DNA of 23,878 nt from an uncultured archaeon (GCA_964590575.1 CAZPWM010000043.1:1-23878), one strand, 5' to 3'. Positions 7,021-16,054 are shown, counted from the first letter of the stretch. Notes: generated by a model from the letters alone, not told the origin. A program made the numbers and translations.

Positions 7021-9791
7021 TATGCCCCCTCCATATATGGCCTTGCTTCAGTCCATGTGCTGTTTAATGAATCAATCAGGTTAACCCGTGAGCTCAATGC
7101 TGCAATCACACCAATGAAAATTACAACACAGAATATGAAGAAAGAGAGAATTATTGCCATTAAGGACCATGGGGCGAGAATGGTTACCGATGATGGATAG
7201 ATGTAGATTACCCCTCCGTAATTCCGAACTGCAGCGAGGAGTGAATTCACTGTTAAGAAAGGTGTGAATAAACCAAGTAGAATGACACTAATCAGAAGAA
7301 GTACTAGCATCTCTGAGGCTTCAGTCTTTATTACAAGATTTCTCTCTGCTCCAAAAGACCTGAGAAGCGCAATCTCTCTTTTTCTTGACTTGACACCTTC
7401 TATCGCGTAGACCGTGAAGGCTCCAAAGATTGTACCAACACTAAGAATTGTCAGTAGAGTGTCAGTAGAACGGTCTAGGCCATAGATTTCCTGTGATGTG
7501 TAGATCTCAACTTCACGGAAGGCAGATGCCCATTCATCCTCTTCCAGAACCTCAGTCCATCCATTATTAAGATGTTTTTCCGCTATGAGAGTCGCGTTGG
7601 ACTGGTCATCTACTCTCATACAAAACACGTTCTTGACGTCTGACACTCTTGATAAGATGTTCTCCACATCCTCCCTGTTCACCCATATTTTTTCTGCACC
7701 TACAGCATATGTCCACTCAAATCCAGGATATGGATTGTATCCACTACTGAAAGTCAATAAATCTGGAAGTGCCCCAACAACTCCGATGATGCTGAACTCC
7801 AGAGTTTCGAGCTCTGTTTCGTTCCTCCAGAAAGCCCTCAATAGACCACCGGTTGACAAGCCATACTGTTCTGCGATGTCCTGTGTTATGATAGCTCCTG
7901 AATCGGTTAATGCCAGCTGCTCTATCAATGTTCCAAGACTTGACTCATTTAGTCGATTGCCCACAGAATCGTATCCTACTTGTAAGTATTCAGTCGGTTC
8001 TAACGCGACAAACTCGTATGATCCTTCTGCGCCTGTAGACAAGGAGAGTGATAACATACTGAGGAGACTCCCAGTTGAGGATGGAATATTTTCAGAGAGA
8101 TTACCAATGAACGAATCCCACAGAACTGATTCGTCCGAATCGAGATGGAATGCCAAATCTCCACCAATAGCAAACCTCGTTTGATTCATTCTTGTATACG
8201 GCAATGTTGCATCGTTAATTGCATAGTTCCATCCCAGACTCATAGCCAGTACTAGAACCATGATAAGCGGTCCTGAAGAAACAGTTGCCTTGCTTATCCG
8301 TCGAATCCCAATAGCTGCAGGTATCTTCCCAACCACAGCACCGAACATTCTCGAGAATAAGTTGGAACCTCGCCTTAATCCCTTGAGTGCCAAACTTGTT
8401 AAACCAAAAAACAATGTGAAAGGCAAGAAACTTAGAATGTAGTAAAGAAGGGGGTTCCTTGTGACAACAGTACCTTCCAAATTGAGCGACACAAGTAACA
8501 CAACACTTAGTGCAAGGAGAACAGCATCACCTTTCATGAAACTCAGTGCTCTAGTTATTCTCGCGAGCCTTCCAGTCCTTTCTTTTGCAGTTATTCTAAA
8601 GACGCCTTTCATCTGATGTAAAGCTAATACGATGAGAGGCAGTGTCACTCCTGCAATTACAGAAAAAACCAGACCGCCAAATGAGATTAGAAGTGGTTCG
8701 GTGAACACCCTCTGGAAATTTATCATGAAGAAACCATTAGACGCGATAGCAAATCGACTTGCTACAACACCAACCACAAAGCCGGGTATAATCGAGAGGG
8801 CCGCCATGGTTATAATTTCAATATATACTGATAGACTAACTCGGGAACGTGAGGCTCCCCGGGCTATCAACATATTAATCTCGTAATCCCTTTCACTCCA
8901 AATATGATTGATAACCAGATATATGACAGCCAGCTCAAGAAGAATTGCTCCTCCACTTCGGAGAATCTGTGATATACGAAGGTCTGATAGATATTCCATA
9001 TAATCGTCAATTCCATCAGATAGGAAGTTGATGACATAATACTCTGATTCCCCTCCTCTCGCATAGAGGGGATCCAGTCTTATGATTTCATCATCTATTT
9101 CTTGAAGAAAGCCTAGGGATCCTGCTGGATCATAAGGGACAACTTTGCTTCTATCAACATCTGCATAGATGTAACTGAATGTCAAAAAGCGATTTAATGT
9201 CGAGTGAAAGATTACATGACCACAAGTGTAGAAGTATGGATTTGGATGGTCACTCTCCCCATGCTCAAAGATGCCGGTTACAGTTGTAGGCCGATATGAG
9301 GGATCATAGGGATCCAAAGGGGTAAAGGAGTAACTTACTTGGTCTCCTATTTCAACATCGAGAAGATCTGTGATAAGAGTGGAGATAGCTATTTCAGAAT
9401 TATTCACAGGAAAGCGTCCATCTATGATTGTGATTATGGTTGGGAATGCTTCAATGAACTCCTCATTATATCCCATACCGAATGTGTTTGCTTCCCGCCA
9501 ACTTCCAGATGTTGTTGATGCAAGATAGGTGAATGTTCCTCTGATTCCTGCAGCTCTCCTGATTCCCACAATCTCTCTAAAATCGTCTATTTCGGAATCT
9601 ATCCCACTTCCTGCAGCGACAAGTGACAATGGACCGATATCATTACTTGATGTCCATACTTCCATTGAATACGAGTCAACAAGGACCATTGTGCTAGCAA
9701 TTATGGCTGACGTGAGCATGAAACATAGAAGGGCTATTGACTTCCTCCTCTTGCCTTGAAATGCATCATAACCTACAGGAGTCACAACCAA
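7020..9791 (-). CDS. ABC transporter permease, FtsX/MacB-like (duplicated architecture)
   Basis: 923 aa; motifs IDGRFP..NSEIAI, ERDYEINMLIARGAS, IGGDL and RKREIALLRSFGA. Its stop overlaps the next ATG (TAATG at 7020). Confidence 0.88.
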   Translation of the reverse strand: MVVTPVGYDAFQGKRRKSIALLCFMLTSAIIASTMVLVDSYSMEVWTSSNDIGPLSLVAAGSGIDSEIDDFREIVGIRRAAGIRGTFTYLASTTSGSWREANTFGMGYNEEFIEAFPTIITIIDGRFPVNNSEIAISTLITDLLDVEIGDQVSYSFTPLDPYDPSYRPTTVTGIFEHGESDHPNPYFYTCGHVIFHSTLNRFLTFSYIYADVDRSKVVPYDPAGSLGFLQEIDDEIIRLDPLYARGGESEYYVINFLSDGIDDYMEYLSDLRISQILRSGGAILLELAVIYLVINHIWSERDYEINMLIARGASRSRVSLSVYIEIITMAALSIIPGFVVGVVASRFAIASNGFFMINFQRVFTEPLLISFGGLVFSVIAGVTLPLIVLALHQMKGVFRITAKERTGRLARITRALSFMKGDAVLLALSVVLLVSLNLEGTVVTRNPLLYYILSFLPFTLFFGLTSLALKGLRRGSNLFSRMFGAVVGKIPAAIGIRRISKATVSSGPLIMVLVLAMSLGWNYAINDATLPYTRMNQTRFAIGGDLAFHLDSDESVLWDSFIGNLSENIPSSTGSLLSMLSLSLSTGAEGSYEFVALEPTEYLQVGYDSVGNRLNESSLGTLIEQLALTDSGAIITQDIAEQYGLSTGGLLRAFWRNETELETLEFSIIGVVGALPDLLTFSSGYNPYPGFEWTYAVGAEKIWVNREDVENILSRVSDVKNVFCMRVDDQSNATLIAEKHLNNGWTEVLEEDEWASAFREVEIYTSQEIYGLDRSTDTLLTILSVGTIFGAFTVYAIEGVKSRKREIALLRSFGAERNLVIKTEASEMLVLLLISVILLGLFTPFLTVNSLLAAVRNYGGVIYIYPSSVTILAPWSLMAIILSFFIFCVVIFIGVIAALSSRVNLIDSLNSTWTEARPYMEGA

Positions 9792-9855
9792 CCGGAATCG
9801 CCTTCTAAGTAAACTCTCACAATCTACGAAAACCAGAAGTTATGGTTCTTTCTAA

Positions 9856-9873
9856 TAAAACGCACTTTTATAG
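9856..9873 (+). promoter_or_regulatory. Archaeal BRE/TATA-like promoter for a probably leaderless gene
   Basis: AAAACGCAC-TTTTATAG; the TATA at 9866-9872 lies ~26 nt before ATG 9898. Confidence 0.5.
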
Positions 9874-9897
9874 CAGGAGCGTATATTCATCCTTTTC

Positions 9898-11094
9898 ATG
9901 GAAATCCAAATAATCCCCTTCTTTTCACCCATCTCACCTAAGGGCATTAAGGATGATGTGCTTGAGCATATGTCAAACATCAAGGGAAATATCATTGAAC
10001 CTGATAACTTCAGAATCAAATCTGAAATTAGCCGATACTATCTCTTCATTGGTACTGGTGGCACAGAGAATGAGGTTGCAGATTTCTTGAGAAAGAACCC
10101 TCTTCCTCCACCAGTGATAATACTCAGCTACGAACTCCGAAACTCCCTCCCAGCTGCCATGGAGATTCGGTCATACCTGCAGCAAGAGGGTCTTGAGGCT
10201 CGGATAATACACTCACCTCTTGATGAATTGACACAGATGGTTATTGAGTGGCAAGAGTTTACTGAAGTCCTTTCTAGAATCAGAAACAGCACTCTTGGAA
10301 TCGTTGGACAACCCTCGTCATGGCTCATTGCATCAAACATCAATCCTGACAAGGTGCGGAATCATTGGGGGTTGACCATCAAGCAATTACCCTTGGACTC
10401 ACTCATTGAGTCAGCAAGATCAGCTGGCAACTCAGAACATGTGGACTCGTTTAAGCAGTCTTCTACCTCATGTACCCCGTCTGATGATGAGATTAGAAAA
10501 GCTGGCTTGGTAGCGCAAGCTCTGAAGCTTGCCCAGAAAGAGAACCTGAATGCAGTAACAGTTGAATGTTTCAGTCTTCTCATGGAAACAAGTGTATCCG
10601 GCTGTTTTGCACTTTCTCTTCTTAATGATCTTCAGGAGTCAACCGCTGGTTGTGAGGGCGATGTTCCAGCAACCTTCACAATGTTGCTTGGGCGGATGCT
10701 TACAGGTCAACTAGGCTTCATGTCAAATGTGACTCATATTGATAAAGGTGAGAACGCGGCAATCTTTGCTCATTGCACACTTCCCACTAAACTCGCAGAG
10801 AGCTATGAAATCACAACTCATTTTGAAACCGGACTAAGTATCGGGATTCGCGGGACATTGAAACCGCAAGATGTCACAGTATTCAAGGTTTTTGGAGAAG
10901 ACCTCAGCCAATACTGGGTTTCAGATGGTGAAATTGTCGAAAACCTGGTGAATGAGACTGGTTGCAGAACGCAGGTCCGTGTAAGACTAGATGAGGATGT
11001 TGAATATTTTCTAGAACGTTCACTGGCAAATCATCACATACTCTTCCCTGGCAGGCATGCAGAAAAAATTCGTAAGTTCTTCTCATTTGCCTAG
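9898..11094 (+). CDS. L-fucose/L-arabinose isomerase family protein
   Basis: Motifs GTGGTE, NSLPAAMEI, TVECF, GCEGDVPA, AHCT, THFE, CRTQ and LANHH. Confidence 0.85.
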   Translation: MEIQIIPFFSPISPKGIKDDVLEHMSNIKGNIIEPDNFRIKSEISRYYLFIGTGGTENEVADFLRKNPLPPPVIILSYELRNSLPAAMEIRSYLQQEGLEARIIHSPLDELTQMVIEWQEFTEVLSRIRNSTLGIVGQPSSWLIASNINPDKVRNHWGLTIKQLPLDSLIESARSAGNSEHVDSFKQSSTSCTPSDDEIRKAGLVAQALKLAQKENLNAVTVECFSLLMETSVSGCFALSLLNDLQESTAGCEGDVPATFTMLLGRMLTGQLGFMSNVTHIDKGENAAIFAHCTLPTKLAESYEITTHFETGLSIGIRGTLKPQDVTVFKVFGEDLSQYWVSDGEIVENLVNETGCRTQVRVRLDEDVEYFLERSLANHHILFPGRHAEKIRKFFSFA

Positions 11095-11543
11095 AGTGTA
11101 ACAGGATCTCCTTCAGGTAAATCACGTTCATCAAAAGGAATAGCTTCTAGACTTGTCATTATCCTTTCAAATCGTGAAATGAACAGGTCCTCATCGAAAT
11201 CAGTGAGTTCTCCTTCAATTGCTTCATCCATCTTCTGATACAGATAGTCAAAATCGTCTATACCTATACTTTGATCGATGATGCCCGACTTCTGTAGAAT
11301 GATGAAGAGAGTCCTATCCTCACTAAGATCTACGCCATTGTTAATCTGAAGCTTAGTTCTCGACTCCTTTGAATAGAAAAACCTGAGCATAGCATAGACC
11401 ATAGCATCGTAGAGTGCGGCTACTCCATCTTCCTTTCGTCCCTCTGATAGACGAATTCGACCTCCTCTCACATGAAGTCTGGCTCGAAGTAGTGACGCAT
11501 CTGCTTGTTGGAGAGTATCATCTATCAGTCCGAAGTGAGGCAT
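11091..11543 (-). CDS. Conserved hypothetical helical protein
   Basis: 150 aa; conserved-looking N-terminus MPHFGL...LLRARLHVRGGRIRL..G....AALYDAM. Convergent CTAG stop overlap with the isomerase gene. Confidence 0.75.
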   Translation of the reverse strand: MPHFGLIDDTLQQADASLLRARLHVRGGRIRLSEGRKEDGVAALYDAMVYAMLRFFYSKESRTKLQINNGVDLSEDRTLFIILQKSGIIDQSIGIDDFDYLYQKMDEAIEGELTDFDEDLFISRFERIMTSLEAIPFDERDLPEGDPVTL

Positions 11544-11605
11544 AACTATCGTTAATGAATTTTCTATAGATATACTTGATGATACGGATGTTTCAGAGTT
11601 TAGAC

Positions 11606-11696
11606 ATTGTAATAACTGTCAATATCCCGACCTATTAAGGTCCTACTGAATTGATCGCGTTTTCCCATTTGGATTGCTGTCAATACCTGTCTATAC
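11606..11696 (+). promoter_or_regulatory. Repeated CTGTCAATA-like motif upstream of the RadA paralog
   Basis: TTGTAATA 11607-11614, CTGTCAATA 11616-11624, CTGTCAATA 11677-11685 and CTGTCTATA 11687-11695. Confidence 0.45.
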
Positions 11697-11755
11697 TTCC
11701 CTGACTGAAAAACATTCCATCGAATCTCTCTAGACCTTGATTGGCCCTATAGTGA

Positions 11756-12535
11756 ATGAGAAGAGATTTGGGATTGACTGAAATGCTACTAACACCTTTC
11801 CAGACTGCTGACAGAATCCAACGAGTCATGTGCAAAACAGGAACTCCTACTCTAGACAGTCTTCTAGATGGTGGATTTGAGACAGGTCTCGTCTATCTTT
11901 TCTATGGTTCTGACCAACTCAATGATGTCCTTTTGCGAGCTGCTGTTCACGCACAACTTCCTTTGATTAATGGTGGGTTCTCAAGTCCGTCAATTATGAT
12001 TGATAGTTCGAATATGGTAGATATCGTCAAGCTAAGAGACACTTCATTCCAGCTAGGGCTGGAACCGGAAAGCGTTATGGATATGATCTATATATCACGA
12101 GCCTTCAACTCAACTCAGACCTATGACATAGTTATCAACCATCTTGATGAGTTCCTTGAGAGAATTCCTACGAAAGTGTTAATCCTTCCAGGTCTTGTAG
12201 ACCTCTTCATCAATGAAGGCTTAGACGCAGCAAGAACAAGGCAAATGACCCATCTTGCAGCTCGAATCAATGCTTTCACTCTTAGACACAATCTTGTCAC
12301 TCTGATTTCTACGCGTATCAAAACAACGCAGTCGAATTGCCCTCCTGTTGGAAAAACGTTGGCAAGCTCAGCACAGGTCCATATCCATATTGATGAAACT
12401 CCCATGCGAACAGTATACTCACTTATGAAACATCCAAGCTTACCAAACCGCAACGAGTCCCAAATGCGAAAGGGTTCTGCTTTTGGAGTGACACTTCCCT
12501 TGGACTATTTCTTTAAGGATGATTTGTCTACTTGA
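11756..12535 (+). CDS. RadA/Rad51 paralog with inactivated ATPase motifs
   Basis: RadA hallmarks TGTPTLDSLLDGGFETG, QLP..GG, IDSSN and IYISRAFNS. Walker A is replaced by YGSDQLND and Walker B by VLILPG. No N-terminal HhH domain. Alternative start ATG 11783. Confidence 0.85.
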   Translation: MRRDLGLTEMLLTPFQTADRIQRVMCKTGTPTLDSLLDGGFETGLVYLFYGSDQLNDVLLRAAVHAQLPLINGGFSSPSIMIDSSNMVDIVKLRDTSFQLGLEPESVMDMIYISRAFNSTQTYDIVINHLDEFLERIPTKVLILPGLVDLFINEGLDAARTRQMTHLAARINAFTLRHNLVTLISTRIKTTQSNCPPVGKTLASSAQVHIHIDETPMRTVYSLMKHPSLPNRNESQMRKGSAFGVTLPLDYFFKDDLST

Positions 12536-14186
12536 GTGTCTTGCCACACTCTGGGCAGAACTTTGAGTTTGTTGTGATCTCTGCCCCGCACTCTGGACAC
12601 TTGCCAACAATTTTTGTGTAGAGTGGTTCGAGTTTATCACGAACACCGTCTTTCAATAATTGTCTCTTGAAGATGTCATCAATTCCCTTTGAGAATGACT
12701 TAATCGATTCCGGTTTCTGAAGTACATTACCTGATTCACATGCTGTACGGAATGATGCCTTGAAGGAAGCACTGTCTTTCATCTGATTATTAACGGTCTT
12801 TCGAATGAAAGATTCAAGACCTGCATCAAGAGGTTGAGGTGCGTAAGGAAGACCAACTCGATTATTTGGCATGATAATAGGTGGGAACACTACCGGATTC
12901 CCTGACGTATAGGTAGCAACCCATGTCTGGATATGAATTAGAGTTAGGGGTGTTAGACCTTTAATCGAATCATTTTCAAGTGTGAGTTTCTGGATGCGTT
13001 CTAGCTCGTGTCGTAGAGCATCAACCCTTTTCTCTACAAGCTCATCCATTCTCTCTATTGCTTCGATTACTTGCTTCTTTTGTTTATTGAACTCGAGCTC
13101 CTTAGCATCCCTTTCTTCTCTCATTTCCTCGATTTTACTTTGAAGGATTTTTGTTTGCGTGTCAACACTTTCTTCCTCTTTCCTTATGTCTTCTCCAAGC
13201 TTGGAATCGAGGTCCTCCGCACGTGCAGTTGTTGCCTCAGCAAAATCATCTATTGAGTCAATGACATCAGTATATGATGGTACAGTCACTGCAAGATTAT
13301 CAACGAGGATCTTGTACCTCTCAATAGCTTCCTCTAGATCAAGCTGACTCAATAATGTTCGAGCGGATTTGATGTCCTCAATCACTTGGGTGAAGAAGCG
13401 TTCAATCTCGACAGTGTTTCTAGCGAACTCCGCTAAAATTGCACGTCTATCCTTCTGATGTTTGTCCTTCAGACTATATGCTTTCTCTGATAACCTATCT
13501 TGAAAGTTCTCTATACGAAGCCGCGTTGATTCTTCCTGAGTGTTAAGACGCTTTTCCCAGCGACCCATCTCAGCTGTCATAACATTTTCCATAACTTTCA
13601 GCTGATCAGTGAGTTTCTCTTTGGTGATTTTCTGAAGTCCCTCCATTGTTCCTAGGCGCTGACGAGCTCCTTCTATCAAATTCTGGAAGTCTTCACTGAT
13701 GGTCAATGCAAGTTGTGAGTCAATCTTTAGTTCTAAGGTATTGAGGTTCTCGTTCGGATCCACCTCCCTCACCCGATTTCCTTGGGCAACGAACAGGTTT
13801 GGCTCTTGGACGTTTCTTATTTGGTGGACCTTTGGCTCGATGTTTCTGAGTAACGGGAGTGCTTTATCAACGCCCTCTGGGATGTCCTCGAACCTTACTA
13901 TCTCAGTACTCAGTATGCGACGAACTGGTCCCGTCGCAGTATCCTCACTAAGTTCTATCTTAGTTGATGATTCACCAATTGCTGATAAAACAATAGAGTT
14001 CGTGTCTGAAATTTGAACGATCCAGAAGGGTACTGAAACTGGAGACAGGAACTTGAGATTCGCCTTGTCTTTCCTATTCGACTCGGCTAGTATGAACGCC
14101 ATAGCTAGGGCTGCTTCTTCTGTATCAACAACCAATTTGCTTCCTTTCTCTTGAAAGAGGAAATCCAAAGTAATCTGTCGGACCAT
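12528..14186 (-). CDS. Long coiled-coil protein with a C-terminal zinc ribbon
   Basis: 552 aa: N-terminal alpha/beta segment (SVPFWIV), ~240-aa E/K/L-rich heptad region, C-terminal CPECG..TNSKFCPECGKTL. SD-like AGGTGG before the ATG. Confidence 0.85.
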   Translation of the reverse strand: MVRQITLDFLFQEKGSKLVVDTEEAALAMAFILAESNRKDKANLKFLSPVSVPFWIVQISDTNSIVLSAIGESSTKIELSEDTATGPVRRILSTEIVRFEDIPEGVDKALPLLRNIEPKVHQIRNVQEPNLFVAQGNRVREVDPNENLNTLELKIDSQLALTISEDFQNLIEGARQRLGTMEGLQKITKEKLTDQLKVMENVMTAEMGRWEKRLNTQEESTRLRIENFQDRLSEKAYSLKDKHQKDRRAILAEFARNTVEIERFFTQVIEDIKSARTLLSQLDLEEAIERYKILVDNLAVTVPSYTDVIDSIDDFAEATTARAEDLDSKLGEDIRKEEESVDTQTKILQSKIEEMREERDAKELEFNKQKKQVIEAIERMDELVEKRVDALRHELERIQKLTLENDSIKGLTPLTLIHIQTWVATYTSGNPVVFPPIIMPNNRVGLPYAPQPLDAGLESFIRKTVNNQMKDSASFKASFRTACESGNVLQKPESIKSFSKGIDDIFKRQLLKDGVRDKLEPLYTKIVGKCPECGAEITTNSKFCPECGKTLK

Positions 14187-14270
14187 TAAACCACCTTCTA
14201 GTTGGAGAAAGTCCTGCGTTCAGTCTTTAATTACGTTTGTTGGGTTGTCCTCCAAAATGTATAGTCTGGG

Positions 14271-15128
14271 TTACCATCCAAGGTCTAAATCACTTGAATC
14301 GAATAGTTCGTCGTGGCTTTTCTCCTCTCCTGAGAGCCGCAATGGGAACTCTACAAACGGATCAAGTGCCAGACCAACCTCCATCACTACCTTAAGAACG
14401 GGTGAGATTTTGATGAGTTTGCCTTTGAAAGGGTTCAATGAACTCCAGTTAAGAAGAATCGTTTCTTCTATCCATTTATCAAAATCGTTGAAAGTTATCG
14501 GTATATGTTTCTCACTAATCACTATTTTAGAGTCCAGCTTACTTCCTTTGCAAACTATATCTTCTCTTCTAAGAATGTCAATCCGGACGCCTTTAATTCT
14601 GGGCCGTTCTTTCACAAGAAATCTTACTTGAAGCCCCTTGTTTGGTCTAAGAATATCTGTTGGAATTTCGACTTGTAAGTGCTCTACTTGCTTTCCTATC
14701 GGTTCTGATTCAGATATCGGCTCAGGAATATACGGTGGTGGTCTCGATTTTATGGCAAGCTCAATCTTTGATTTTGGATCCAATGCTCGGTCAATCTCCA
14801 CTACTGCCTCAATACTGTAATCAATCGCACCATGGAATCCTACGTGGACTGGAGGGATTTCCGTCGGTAGTGTGAATTCAAACTCAAAAGGAGTGTTCCC
14901 TGAGTAAACGTCCCCTCCCTCGCAGATTATAATGTCTTCATGTAGGAGTTCGTGAGTATCACTCACATGGACCTTTCCTGCTTGGTAGTGGGTATATTCT
15001 TTTCCTCTTATCTTCATCATGATTCTGTTGCATGTGAAATTGCTGTCCGTACTAACCAATACATGTCCCCTGACCTCATCACCAGGTTCGAATGTATCCT
15101 TCTCAGTTTGAATCGTGATCTCTCGCAT
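14271..15128 (-). CDS. Arrestin-fold protein (Arrestin_N/SpoOM-like plus second beta-sandwich domain), paralog B
   Basis: FEPGDEVRGHVLV, IRGKEYT, GNTPFEFEFTLPTEIPP, GAIDYSIEAVVE. ATG 15128 gives 285 aa, colinear with paralog A (track start is TTG 15173). Confidence 0.82.
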   Translation of the reverse strand: MREITIQTEKDTFEPGDEVRGHVLVSTDSNFTCNRIMMKIRGKEYTHYQAGKVHVSDTHELLHEDIIICEGGDVYSGNTPFEFEFTLPTEIPPVHVGFHGAIDYSIEAVVEIDRALDPKSKIELAIKSRPPPYIPEPISESEPIGKQVEHLQVEIPTDILRPNKGLQVRFLVKERPRIKGVRIDILRREDIVCKGSKLDSKIVISEKHIPITFNDFDKWIEETILLNWSSLNPFKGKLIKISPVLKVVMEVGLALDPFVEFPLRLSGEEKSHDELFDSSDLDLGW

Positions 15129-15193
15129 ACTACATTCAACCAACTGCTTACATCTTAGTTTGGATGAAAGCAAATAGGGTTTTCTTCAACTGT

Positions 15194-16054
15194 CTAATTG
15201 AACCCAAAATCAAATGCTATAGAGTCAAGAATGTTCTCGGTCTCTTCCTCTATCTTCTCGCCAGACACTTTGATTCGATAGGTCACATCTGGATCAAAAT
15301 CCCATTTCATTTCAAGGACAACTCTAAGGAAAAATGATGTTCTTAGAAGCTTCGATTGAATTGGCACGCGCTTCCATCCCTCGCCAATAACCTCCTCCCG
15401 CCAACGATGAAATTCTCCTGCCATAAACGAGATGATTTTTCTTAAAATTGTGACATCATGTGTGCCTTTGCTCCCTCTGCATTTCGCGTATTCCCTTCTT
15501 CTAATCTCTAGACGTACAGCACTTGCGCGAGAATGTTCCTCTACCATGAATCGAACAGGAATCCCTTTCTTAATCCTGAGAATGTCACTCTGAATTTCGG
15601 TGTGGAGAATACCAGTGTCCTTGTTCACCGGATTATATCCATCAGGTTCAGATAGGTAGATGGGCTGAATAGGTAGGACTCTGAACCGACGAGTAATCTT
15701 TGGATCTATAGCCCAATCCATCTCAACGACCGTTTCTACGCTATATTCGATGAAGCCGTTATACCCTGAATATGTTGGTGGCAGTCCTTCATTCAGTTTG
15801 AACTCGAATGGAAATTCATTCCTCCCAGCAGGAATCTCAGTTATGTCACAGAGTTCGAATTCTCTATTAAGAAGAATGTGCTCATCGGTTATCCTAGTAT
15901 CCCCAGACCCCATCTCAGTCCTCTCTTTTCCCTTGACCCTAAGGATGACCCTGTTGCAATCAAAGGACTTGTCAGTATCCACGATGACAATACCACTAAT
16001 GCTACCGCCTGGTTTGGCGCTCCGCTGTGAGAACTTGATGTCCACAACCCGCAT
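15194..16054 (-). CDS. Arrestin-fold protein (Arrestin_N/SpoOM-like plus second beta-sandwich domain), paralog A
   Basis: KPGGSISGIVIV, VKGKERT, AGRNEFPFEFKLNEGLPPTYSGYNGFIEYSVETVVE; 286 aa. Confidence 0.82.
   Translation of the reverse strand: MRVVDIKFSQRSAKPGGSISGIVIVDTDKSFDCNRVILRVKGKERTEMGSGDTRITDEHILLNREFELCDITEIPAGRNEFPFEFKLNEGLPPTYSGYNGFIEYSVETVVEMDWAIDPKITRRFRVLPIQPIYLSEPDGYNPVNKDTGILHTEIQSDILRIKKGIPVRFMVEEHSRASAVRLEIRRREYAKCRGSKGTHDVTILRKIISFMAGEFHRWREEVIGEGWKRVPIQSKLLRTSFFLRVVLEMKWDFDPDVTYRIKVSGEKIEEETENILDSIAFDFGFN

Noticed and set aside
5237-8886. Long + strand ORFs (288 aa, 199 aa and others) opposite the permeases
   Set aside because: Typical antisense frames of hydrophobic membrane-protein genes; no domains.
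12528-14186. SMC/Rad50 assignment for the coiled-coil protein
   Set aside because: No Walker A/B, ABC signature, hinge or central CxxC hook.
15770-15784. LPPTY in arrestin paralog A as a PPxY ligand motif
   Set aside because: It aligns with the structural LPxS/TF motif of Arrestin_N domains (IPPVH in paralog B), so it is likely part of the fold.
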